DNA from: an uncultured archaeon
Lineage (GTDB): Archaea; Asgardarchaeota; Hermodarchaeia; Hermodarchaeales; Hermodarchaeaceae
Direction: 5' to 3'
NCBI GenBank assembly: GCA_964347045.1
Contig: CAYFXC010000002.1
Span: 1 to 64,000, forward strand
DNA length: 64,000 nt
A model generated the notes under the pieces. It saw only the letters and a list, made by a program, of their open reading frames with translations, was not told the origin of the DNA and searched no databases. The translations under genes were made by a program, and so were the position numbers. Position 1 is the stretch's first letter. Each line of letters begins with the position of its first letter. Positions 19,732-28,028 of the stretch are shown piece after piece.

Positions 19732-20196
19732 TTATAGTTTTAATTCGGTAATTTTGGTGATTACTTCGTCGACATGACCGGGAACTCGGACCTGTGGCCA
19801 TATATGTCTAATTATACCGTTGCGATCAATAAGGAAGGTTGTTCGTTTTGCTGAACCAGTTTCAGGTTTCAATACATCATAGAGTTTGACAACGGTTAGC
19901 TCCTTATCTGCAATAAGTGGAAACTGCAGAGCGTTTTTTTCCTTAAACCCGGCTTGGCGTTTCACGCTATCAGTGCTTACCCCAACGACTTTCACCCCCA
20001 TACCCGTCAACCGAACCATATTATCTCTAAATGAGCATGCTTCCTTTGTACAACTGGGAGTACCAGCTCGGGGGTAAAAATAGAGCACTACGACGTTTCC
20101 TCTTAGTTGGCTCAGGGTAAGTTCAGAACCTTCATCTGTGGGTTGAGTAAAATCCGGAGCAGCTTCTCCAATTTTTGGCATTGTCACATCTATCAC
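19732..20196 (-). CDS. bcp: BCP/PrxQ peroxiredoxin
   Basis: VVLYFYPRAGTPSCTKEACSFRD (CxxxxC). The true start is probably 20187 or 20181. Confidence 0.93.
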   Translation of the reverse strand: MIDVTMPKIGEAAPDFTQPTDEGSELTLSQLRGNVVVLYFYPRAGTPSCTKEACSFRDNMVRLTGMGVKVVGVSTDSVKRQAGFKEKNALQFPLIADKELTVVKLYDVLKPETGSAKRTTFLIDRNGIIRHIWPQVRVPGHVDEVITKITELKL

Positions 20197-20248
20197 CTCG
20201 AAGGATACTAATAGGAATTCACTATAAGAATTTTAGATAAAGGGTAAA

Positions 20249-20276
20249 GTAATGAGGGGAATTTCCCCCTCATTAC
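20249..20276 (-). terminator. Stem-loop downstream of the fasciclin gene
   Basis: 11-bp inverted repeat GTAATGAGGGG/CCCCTCATTAC, followed on the minus strand by TTTACCCTTT. Confidence 0.6.
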
Positions 20277-20294
20277 AAGTCAATTCTACAGTTC

Positions 20295-20696
20295 TTATTT
20301 GGGCAAAATAACCTTGTCAATGACATGGATCACGCCGTTCTCAGCTTCTATGTCAGCTTTGATTACGTGAGCTTCATCGATTTTAACACCATCTGAGGCG
20401 TCAATTTGGATACTTTGACCTTGGACCGTTTTGATTTCGTCTTTACTAATGACGTCTGCGGCTTTGTATTTTCCTGCTACAACATGGTAGAGGAGTATAG
20501 CCTTCAGCTTTTCTGTATCTTTTAGAAGAGCTTCAACTGTGCCTTCAGGAAGAGCAGCAAAAGCATCGTCAGTAGGGGCAAATACCGTAAAAGGTCCATC
20601 ATTAGATAAGGTTTCGGCTAAACCAGCCGCGGTTGCAGCCGTTAACAGAGTGTCAAACTGGCCTGCATCTTTTGCAATTTTTACTATATTTTCCAT
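20295..20696 (-). CDS. Single FAS1/fasciclin domain protein without a signal peptide
   Basis: [33 protein letters not shown]. Confidence 0.95.
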   Translation of the reverse strand: MENIVKIAKDAGQFDTLLTAATAAGLAETLSNDGPFTVFAPTDDAFAALPEGTVEALLKDTEKLKAILLYHVVAGKYKAADVISKDEIKTVQGQSIQIDASDGVKIDEAHVIKADIEAENGVIHVIDKVILPK

Positions 20697-20940
20697 GTTT
20701 CATCCATCCTTTTATTATGAACTCGAGGATGGTTGTGTTCAACCATTCTCGGAATTAACGATGTTAAGATTGAAAGTGGTATATAAATATTGTTCTTGAT
20801 TAAAAGATTATTTAAATAAAAATTATTTGTCTCCTATAACTATAACCCTGCACTTAACCAGTGAAATCACTCTAAATAGGAATCTAGTGATTCCGAAAGG
20901 AAAAGCCATTATCGACGGTGAGGCGATTTTATCCAATGAA

Positions 20941-21579
20941 TTATGCCTTCCGTACGCGGAAGAGGACAATTAACCCAAAGATGATTTTTGTGATCACATC
21001 TAAAGCCGCATAGAATATCGCAGCAATGAATGTTGTAATTAGACCGAATCCAGTTGGGGCAAGAATGAATACCAACGGAAAGAGTGACCAGAAAATTATA
21101 ATGAACCACATAAGTTGTGAATTTATTCCTTCTCTAGGTATACCCCTGAATAACGTGATTAAAAGAGCAATGTAGGCAATAGAACTGAACCCAAAGAACC
21201 ACCACCGCTCGATACCTGTAATAAATGCAGCTAGGAATCCACAAAACATCACAAGCATCGTCAAAAGAGGAATTTTCGCGAGATTGATTGGTTGTGTCTG
21301 TTTTAAAATAACTGCAACAGAAACTGTTAGTAAACTACAGCTACCCATATAAAAGAGCCAGCGGCTCCAGTAAATCAGTTCTCCAAAAGTTGAGGCGATA
21401 ACTGCAAACCCGAGCGCCATAAGAACATAAGAAATTGTAGTAACGAAAGCAACAAGGATATCAACCAATGATAGAAATTCGTCAGCTCCAGATTGGAATG
21501 AGAACACAGTAAACATAATCGTTGCGATACCAAAGATTGCAGCCATAATCCAAAAAACGAGTAATTCTATTCCAGCCAT
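20941..21579 (-). CDS. Microbial rhodopsin, schizorhodopsin-like (212 aa)
   Basis: 7 TM helices; helix C YWSRWLFYMGSC (Phe at the BR D85 position, Cys at T90), helix F FWSLFP, helix G LDVITK with the Schiff-base Lys198. Confidence 0.9.
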   Translation of the reverse strand: MAGIELLVFWIMAAIFGIATIMFTVFSFQSGADEFLSLVDILVAFVTTISYVLMALGFAVIASTFGELIYWSRWLFYMGSCSLLTVSVAVILKQTQPINLAKIPLLTMLVMFCGFLAAFITGIERWWFFGFSSIAYIALLITLFRGIPREGINSQLMWFIIIFWSLFPLVFILAPTGFGLITTFIAAIFYAALDVITKIIFGLIVLFRVRKA

Positions 21580-21625
21580 TTTTACAGCTCCTTTTGATAG
21601 GAAGGGTGAGAAGAAAGAGTACTAG

Positions 21626-21643
21626 CTTATTATAAAATATTTC
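21626..21643 (-). promoter_or_regulatory. Probable archaeal BRE/TATA promoter of the rhodopsin gene
   Basis: Minus-strand GAAATATTTTATAATAAG about 50 nt upstream of the ATG, with AGGAG RBS. Similar TTTATAAT at 22181-22188 and TTTATATA at 20780-20787. Confidence 0.5.
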
Positions 21644-21685
21644 AACTAGACGAAATAGCTGAGTAAAATCGAAAAGGAATCATTA

Positions 21686-22150
21686 CTAGCCATGAAATTC
21701 AGAGATTTTTCTTAGGACTGCATTCTCCTTTTCTTCTGAAAACGTTCCAGTATCTCGCCATAGGATATTGCCATCACAATCGACTAAAAAGAGATAAATC
21801 GTCTCCTCAGTGGGAATATCTAATGCCTGGGTAAATTCATCTTTGTTGATATACAGGGTAATCGTTCGAGCTCGCATTTCTTTATCGCGAATTCCGCTCC
21901 TCATTCCGCTATCAATCATCCATTGTGAAAGTACGTTAAATTTCCGTAACGTTGGCAATTCATAGAATTGGATTTGTGGATGTTTAGCAACTAGCTTCAG
22001 AAGAAAGGGAACCCAAGTTTCAATTGGAGCCACTTGCCACCGCTGAAATGCCACTACAAGAAAATTCAACTTTCCTTCCAATTTATCGGGAATGGTGTGT
22101 TGAACACCATTGAGGTCCTTTCCAGATACTTGAGGAAATTTCATTGACAA
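21686..22150 (-). CDS. ATP10-like / thioredoxin-fold protein
   Basis: FPQVSGKDLNG, LVVAF, FYELP, IDSGMRSGI, FLVDCDGNILW resemble prokaryotic ATP10-like proteins; no CxxC. Confidence 0.7.
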   Translation of the reverse strand: MSMKFPQVSGKDLNGVQHTIPDKLEGKLNFLVVAFQRWQVAPIETWVPFLLKLVAKHPQIQFYELPTLRKFNVLSQWMIDSGMRSGIRDKEMRARTITLYINKDEFTQALDIPTEETIYLFLVDCDGNILWRDTGTFSEEKENAVLRKISEFHG

Positions 22151-22283
22151 TCACAACCTAGAGTTTACAAAAGGGCTTCAATTATAAAATTTTACAAATT
22201 ACGGATTTATGATATTAGTTTTAAATTAAGCATAACGTTCCAAGATAGTATAGCCAAATACTGTATTGAAGAGATATTATATA

Positions 22284-23759
22284 TCACGGCATGTGAACCT
22301 GTTTCTGTGTCCTTTCAGCTATTCTAAGGCACATATTCTTCCAAATGTGGAGATGCATAGGTAAAGTAAATTTCCAGTAAACGATTCCTAATAACCCCTT
22401 GGGAATATATGTGATGATTTGCCTTAGTTCTGATTTCTTTTCCTTTTTCTTGCGAATTATAAATTCGAGAGTGGAGCGAGCAGGTATTTGAGTCTCCGCC
22501 TTCAATTTGAGATAATGGGGAGCATCTACTGTACTTATTCTCCAACAATCTAGTGCATCACCTGGACATAGATTATCACCATCAGTGCGACCTCTTCTGG
22601 TTCCTACTCCACCGATGAGTTCATCGAAACCACCATATATACGCCATAACCAATTGGCATAATACCACCCGGTTGGACCACCAATTTGAATAACTGGATC
22701 CCACAACTCTTCCGGGGTACAATCAACTTCAGCCTTTCGATGATCATAATATACCGTTCCGCCTGCCCAGGACGGGTCGTTAGGTTGAGTCCATTCAGGA
22801 ACAAAATCTGCTGTATTTGTTTGGAAACGAGATCGTTGAATTTGTTCGTCAATCTCTTGAAGAGCGAGTCGGATTGTGACTCGATTAGTGAGAAGCTTTT
22901 GGGGGATGAGTTTCCGAATTCGCTTTTCTCTACAGATGGTTTGGCTTTTTAACCCTTTAATAAGGGGTCTAGCGAGTGATTGCGGAAGCGGTGTTACTTT
23001 ATCAATCAAAAGTTCAGTTAGTCTTCTTCCCACAAATGGTAAGGGTATTAAAATCCGTTTTCTCAATTTAGCTTCCTGAGCAAACGTGTGTATAAGACCT
23101 GGATAGCTGATTACTTCTGGTCCCCCAATATCGAAGGTTTTTCCGATGGTTTCAGGAACTGTTAGACACTTCAAGAGGTAAGTGAGCGCATTGCTTATAG
23201 CAATTGGTTGTGTTTTACTCTGAGACCAGCGGGGTGTAATCATAATTGGTAATCGTTCAACGACGTAGCGCATTATCTCAAAAGATGCACTGCCTGCACC
23301 AAGCAACATGGCAGCTCTTAAGGTTGTTACAGGAACTGAACCTAATTGAAGAATTCGGGCAACTTCTGCTCTTGACAGAAGATGCTTACTTAATCTGTCC
23401 CGGCGATCTAACAAGCCACCTAGGTAGATAATTCGGTCTAATCCAACTTTTGCTGCTACCCCAGCCATATTTGACGCAGCGTCTCGATCGAGTTGAATGT
23501 ACTGTTTTCCCGAATACATTGAATGAACTAAATAATATGCAGTAGAGCAACCGTGAAGTGCATGTTGAAGAGTTTCTGGTTTCAAGACATCAACTTGAAC
23601 AGGTTGAACTCGGCTATCTTTCGCCCATGAACAACGTTTGAGTTTTATAGCTGATCGGAATGAAGCCCGAACAGCATATCCATTATCCGCTAATAGTCGA
23701 ACTAAGCGTTGACCGACATATCCCGTTGCACCTAGTACTAACACGTTTCGGGTTTTCAT
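22284..23759 (-). CDS. NAD(P)H-binding SDR/epimerase with C-terminal DUF2867 (YbjT-like)
   Basis: VLGATGYVG, YYLVHSM, GAGSASFE, IGGPTGWYYANWLW. Confidence 0.88.
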   Translation of the reverse strand: MKTRNVLVLGATGYVGQRLVRLLADNGYAVRASFRSAIKLKRCSWAKDSRVQPVQVDVLKPETLQHALHGCSTAYYLVHSMYSGKQYIQLDRDAASNMAGVAAKVGLDRIIYLGGLLDRRDRLSKHLLSRAEVARILQLGSVPVTTLRAAMLLGAGSASFEIMRYVVERLPIMITPRWSQSKTQPIAISNALTYLLKCLTVPETIGKTFDIGGPEVISYPGLIHTFAQEAKLRKRILIPLPFVGRRLTELLIDKVTPLPQSLARPLIKGLKSQTICREKRIRKLIPQKLLTNRVTIRLALQEIDEQIQRSRFQTNTADFVPEWTQPNDPSWAGGTVYYDHRKAEVDCTPEELWDPVIQIGGPTGWYYANWLWRIYGGFDELIGGVGTRRGRTDGDNLCPGDALDCWRISTVDAPHYLKLKAETQIPARSTLEFIIRKKKEKKSELRQIITYIPKGLLGIVYWKFTLPMHLHIWKNMCLRIAERTQKQVHMP

Positions 23760-23881
23760 TTGAAAACCTCTATATCTTGACTATAGCCTAATTATTTCTT
23801 TTTACAGATGCCTTTGAAGTTCTAATCTTTCTGAACAGATTGAAAACGCATTCCTTAATTATTTGTTAGGATTTGACAAAT

Positions 23882-25243
23882 CTAGTCATGGGGTGGTTCA
23901 ACACGTAAAAAGCGTCCAACCAAAGTGACAATATCGACGACGGGAATCTCTAACCCGAGTTTTTGCATTCCCTGTGTTAGATTAAGAACGCAAAAGGGAC
24001 ATGCGGAAACAACCATGGTCGCTCCTGCTTCCATAATTTCACTGACCCGTTCCCAAGCCATGCGTTCTTCTAGGGGCATTATCGCTTTCTCTTCTTCAGA
24101 AAGCCCGTGATACTCTTTTGCGAGTTTCTTTGCAGCTTCTCGGACTTGCGAAGGAGTACTCGCTGGTTCGGCATCGTAAATACGTTTCGCAGCAATTTCT
24201 AGGGCCAACTCAGGAATCCCTGCTTTAACTCCTCCTCCAGCACCACAACAACGTGAGTTTTCTCTAGTTCGAATCATTTCAACTAGTGTTATGCCAGGTA
24301 AGGATTCAAGGATTCGTCGTGGAGCATCATAGATGCCCACATGACGTCCAAGATGACAGGGATCATGATAGGCGACCCGTTCTTCTACCCCTGGAATAGG
24401 TTCAATCTCCACATTTTCCAAAGCTTTTGCTAGAAATTGAGTAATGTGTTGAACTTTGAAAGGTAGCCTACCATAATAACGAGGCCAATCGAATACCGAG
24501 GTTCGAAAGCAGCCAGCGCAGGAGTAAATTACAAGCTTAGCACCCTTCTCATTTATGACTTCAACATTGTGCTGAACTAAATCTTTGACAACATCGATTT
24601 GTCCGGTTCGGATTAGTGGAGAGCCACAGCAGCGTTCATCGGTACCAGGGAGAACGAAATCAATGTTAAGTTTGTTTAGAATTCGAGCCGTGGTAATAGC
24701 GAGATGTTGCATCTTATAGGATGATGTACAGCCCACAAAGTAGGCGATATCTGCGTTTTCTGCTACCTTGACATCAGGAGGTAACCAATTCGAACGTGAT
24801 AGGTGATCCTCTCCATAGGGGTTGTACTTTGTTTTTACGTTGCTAGGCCAAGCTCGTTGTCGTTCAAGAGGTCCGAAACCCTGCCTAATCATATCTGCGC
24901 GAATTGTTTCCCATAAATCACAGCTCTTAATCCGTGATTCACAAACTGTTTGACATTGTCCGCACACCGTACACAGATACAGGTCTTCAACAAATTTGTT
25001 AATCTTGTTTTGGTCAATAGCACTTCCGCCACGAGCCCGCCCCATCAATCCATAGACCCGTTTTACCATCTCTCGCATATTGCGAATTTTACCTCGGGCT
25101 GTAACACCTTCACGTTGTAATTGATCGAAAACAGGACAAAACTTTACACATTCACCGCAATCAACGCAAGCATCAAGTTCCATTGCTTGTTTCCGAGTTA
25201 ACTGGGGGAAACTAATTTTTTCTTTATTCGTTGTCACTTTCAT
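23882..25243 (-). CDS. HdrD/GlpC-like Fe-S oxidoreductase (2 ferredoxin motifs + 2 CCG domains)
   Basis: CVDCGECVKFCP, CTVCGQCQTVC, ERCCG, YHDPCHLGR, SRCCGAGGG, SACPFC. ATG 25243 follows GGAG. Confidence 0.9.
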   Translation of the reverse strand: MKVTTNKEKISFPQLTRKQAMELDACVDCGECVKFCPVFDQLQREGVTARGKIRNMREMVKRVYGLMGRARGGSAIDQNKINKFVEDLYLCTVCGQCQTVCESRIKSCDLWETIRADMIRQGFGPLERQRAWPSNVKTKYNPYGEDHLSRSNWLPPDVKVAENADIAYFVGCTSSYKMQHLAITTARILNKLNIDFVLPGTDERCCGSPLIRTGQIDVVKDLVQHNVEVINEKGAKLVIYSCAGCFRTSVFDWPRYYGRLPFKVQHITQFLAKALENVEIEPIPGVEERVAYHDPCHLGRHVGIYDAPRRILESLPGITLVEMIRTRENSRCCGAGGGVKAGIPELALEIAAKRIYDAEPASTPSQVREAAKKLAKEYHGLSEEEKAIMPLEERMAWERVSEIMEAGATMVVSACPFCVLNLTQGMQKLGLEIPVVDIVTLVGRFLRVEPPHD

Positions 25244-25952
25244 CAACTCCTGTGATCTCACGGACATATTCTTCTTGCCACTTCTCTTCAATGGCACTTC
25301 GAACCATGATGATGGGTGCAGCGATTACATGCTGAAATTTTGAATAAAATAAGACTGCAATCATTGTCCAGATAACAAATGCGTGAACGATACCAAACCA
25401 TCCTCGAACCCCCAAGACATATTCATATGAAAATGCTAGGTGGCCTGATACGGCAATTGCTAATAACAAAATTAAGGGAAGGTAATTACGAAGATTAGTA
25501 ACACCGCGCCCTTCTTTGGATCCAAGGCGACTTCCAAACGCCATTATTATACCAATCACAAACAGTACTGTCAACAGATCATGGGTGATGATTCGTAGTT
25601 CGAGCGTTGCCCAAGGGAAAAGAATGGTTTCATCAAGTAATATGAAGCGAGGAATCCCATGAAAGAGTAGTAGTCCCATAAAGCCGACAAGGATGAACCC
25701 ATGTTTCACCCATCGATATGTACTTTGACGCCGAATGGTTCCACCGAATGTCCAATCAGATACTATAGTCTTCACGAATGCAATGAACTTGGTACGAAAA
25801 GGAACATCAATGAGCCAACCAGCTGTATGCTCAGCGGGCCCTTGATGGGGTTTGAACCAGCGAACAAGAATTCTGAAAATTCCAATAGCAAAAAGAGCTA
25901 GTGCGACCCACCGATAAACAGATAATATTTGATAGAACAGCTCCTGTTGCAT
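25224..25952 (-). CDS. NarI/HdrE-like membrane b-type cytochrome subunit
   Basis: 5-6 TM helices; paired His in RWVKHGFILVGFMGLLLFH and VHAFV...SKFQHV; overlaps the HdrD-like gene. Confidence 0.8.
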   Translation of the reverse strand: MQQELFYQILSVYRWVALALFAIGIFRILVRWFKPHQGPAEHTAGWLIDVPFRTKFIAFVKTIVSDWTFGGTIRRQSTYRWVKHGFILVGFMGLLLFHGIPRFILLDETILFPWATLELRIITHDLLTVLFVIGIIMAFGSRLGSKEGRGVTNLRNYLPLILLLAIAVSGHLAFSYEYVLGVRGWFGIVHAFVIWTMIAVLFYSKFQHVIAAPIIMVRSAIEEKWQEEYVREITGVDESDNE

Positions 25953-26060
25953 ATCATTTCGCCTACTTTAATCAAGTGTAATAATTGTAATCAAAAGACT
26001 TACTAATTTACAAATCAGAACCCAGTTCAACAATTTCACTAATTTGTAAAAAAAGGGGGA

Positions 26061-26102
26061 AAAATTGGAGGGGCTGATTCGTTTCAGTCACCCTCCAATT
26101 TT
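26061..26102 (-). terminator. Stem-loop terminator after the DoxX/DoxD gene
   Basis: AAAATTGGAGGG...CCCTCCAATTTT inverted repeat, followed by a T tract on the minus strand. Confidence 0.6.
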
Positions 26103-26119
26103 GTTTCTTCTGGGAAAAT

Positions 26120-26815
26120 CTATGTCCATAAACCTAGGAAACGGAGGATTGCGTTCTTAGATTCTTCCAATTTCGGACCGAGCCACCTGTCAAAACCTAT
26201 GTACCTTCCAGCTTGATACATCCCTACAACGAAGAATGCAAGGGCACCAAGGAAGTTTACACCAAAGGTTGAAGGGCTCAGCCATCCTAGTAGGAAGAAG
26301 AATGTCCATTGCATGAGGATGCCACCGAATGCGCCCAACCGAGTAAAGAGCCCTAATAGTAAGGACACCCCAACAAGTACCTCACCCCAGGCGATAAGTA
26401 AGAGAAAGAAAGATCCGTTCAAGAGTAATATAGACATGAATCCCTGAATCCATGGACTTGGTGCACCGGCAATAGCAGCATTAAACAGACCATAACTCGT
26501 CGCATATGCAGGATTAAGGAGTTTATCTATGCCTCCATGAAGGAACTCCCATGCAAAGGCTAATCTTAACGGAAGCATAAAAGCCAGCATTGGGAATTTA
26601 TCTGGCCAGCCCCAACGTAGAAAGAAGAATATTGGAACGAGGAGTATCGCTAGAATGATTAACGGAGACATGACGAGGTTAAGCCATGGAAAGAGTATGC
26701 TAACGTCTGGCTCTACCCACTGAGGTCCAAGAGTTAGTCCGAGGATAACACCGAGTATGGCAGTTACGATCACTGTGAAAATAATGGCAATCCACTGATT
26801 TCGATTTAAATCCAT
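26120..26815 (-). CDS. DoxX/DoxD (TQO small subunit-like) membrane protein
   Basis: LRLAFAWEFLHGGIDK, GEVLVGVSLLLGLFTR, GRYIGFD. ATG 26815 follows AAGGAG. Confidence 0.82.
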   Translation of the reverse strand: MDLNRNQWIAIIFTVIVTAILGVILGLTLGPQWVEPDVSILFPWLNLVMSPLIILAILLVPIFFFLRWGWPDKFPMLAFMLPLRLAFAWEFLHGGIDKLLNPAYATSYGLFNAAIAGAPSPWIQGFMSILLLNGSFFLLLIAWGEVLVGVSLLLGLFTRLGAFGGILMQWTFFFLLGWLSPSTFGVNFLGALAFFVVGMYQAGRYIGFDRWLGPKLEESKNAILRFLGLWT

Positions 26816-26961
26816 TTTTATTTCTCCTTTAAAGGAAAGTGAAAAACGAGGCTTTGGGTTCCCTTTTATATATTGCACTATTGTATTTGTGTAAAATTGA
26901 ATTAATAGGTAATCAATTATTCAGTTTCTGTTTATAAAATCCTCGATTCTTTTCCCTCAAA

Positions 26962-27684
26962 CTAAAATTGTAGATGGATTTCAAGCTGACAATCATCATC
27001 CCCGTGTGACATGCAACTCACGCGTTCAACAGCGTGAACAGGTTTTTCGCACATCAATGAAAATATAGTCGGATAATAGGTATCGTGAAAATGACACATC
27101 AGACCTTCGTACTTGTAGCTAACTTCTTGGAAAAGACAATTCTTAGTTCGAATGACAATTCTATTGTCTTTAACTTCAAGGCTTGCATTATAACCAAGTT
27201 GGTTTAGTGTTTCTCCAAGTTTTTTTCGAAAAGTATTAATGCTCATAGGAACGCGATGATTTTGCCGCCATTGCCCCGCAGTATTATGTGCAGATTGAGT
27301 GCCCATATCTTTGAAGAGTGCAGTAGTGCCATCCTCCCCAAATTTCCAAAGTAAGGTTGAGATTAGGAGATCAGCTAATTGCCAATAACGTCGTGGTGGA
27401 GTGGTTATTATTAGGGCTTTTTGCAGACGATATCGTTGAGCAGGGCGTCCACGTGCACGGGGCTTTAAATTGTTAATATCGCTCTCTGTTATTATTCCAA
27501 AGGCGAGAAGATCGATTATGACGTATCGGATGGCGGATTCACTGAGATTAGTACCTTTGGAGATATCACTAACAGCGGAATTCGGATTTCTTGAAATGAA
27601 TTCAATAATCCGAGTTGCAGCTCTTTGACTATGAAAAGGAATCTGAGAGAGCGTCTCATCGTTTAAAATGAATTGATTTGCCAC
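26962..27684 (-). CDS. ArsR/SufR-like winged-HTH regulator with Cys-rich C-terminus, paralog 2
   Basis: RARGRP, PPRRYWQL, NCLF...MCHFH...CMSHGDDDC; collinear with 9817..10539. Confidence 0.82.
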   Translation of the reverse strand: MANQFILNDETLSQIPFHSQRAATRIIEFISRNPNSAVSDISKGTNLSESAIRYVIIDLLAFGIITESDINNLKPRARGRPAQRYRLQKALIITTPPRRYWQLADLLISTLLWKFGEDGTTALFKDMGTQSAHNTAGQWRQNHRVPMSINTFRKKLGETLNQLGYNASLEVKDNRIVIRTKNCLFQEVSYKYEGLMCHFHDTYYPTIFSLMCEKPVHAVERVSCMSHGDDDCQLEIHLQF

Positions 27685-27758
27685 TTTATATTCCTCAGAA
27701 GCGATTTTTTTTATTTAGACTATTAAAGGAATCGCCTAATAGTAAGCAAAATAATGTC

Positions 27759-28028
27759 TTAACCGTATTGGAACGCAGCGCCAAAGGTGCCCCTTGGGTG
27801 ATCCCATTTAATGACTCTTTTAGGGCAAAGAATTCTACAGGTTCCGCATTCAATACAGTCCTCGTATTGAAAAAGAAGTTTACCTTCTTCAATTTTGAAA
27901 CATCCAGCAGGACAGCCTGCGATGCAGGGTTTAGTTTTACAGTTTTCGCATTCATCTGTTTCTACGATTATATGGGGTTCTTTATCAATGTTGTAACGGA
28001 TGAGTCCAAGTTTTTCTTCAAGTCTCAT
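27759..28028 (-). CDS. fixX: FixX-type ferredoxin
   Basis: PHII, CIAGCPAGCF, CIECGTCRILC, WDHPRGTFG; ATGA overlap with fixC. Confidence 0.9.
   Translation of the reverse strand: MRLEEKLGLIRYNIDKEPHIIVETDECENCKTKPCIAGCPAGCFKIEEGKLLFQYEDCIECGTCRILCPKRVIKWDHPRGTFGAAFQYG

Noticed and set aside
21180-21210. Carotenoid-antenna fenestration in the rhodopsin
   Set aside because: The BR W138 / xanthorhodopsin G156 position is Phe (RWWFFG), not Gly, by my manual alignment.
20941-21579. Heliorhodopsin or outward proton pump
   Set aside because: No RWxEY or SxxxK heliorhodopsin motifs and no Asp at the BR 85 position.
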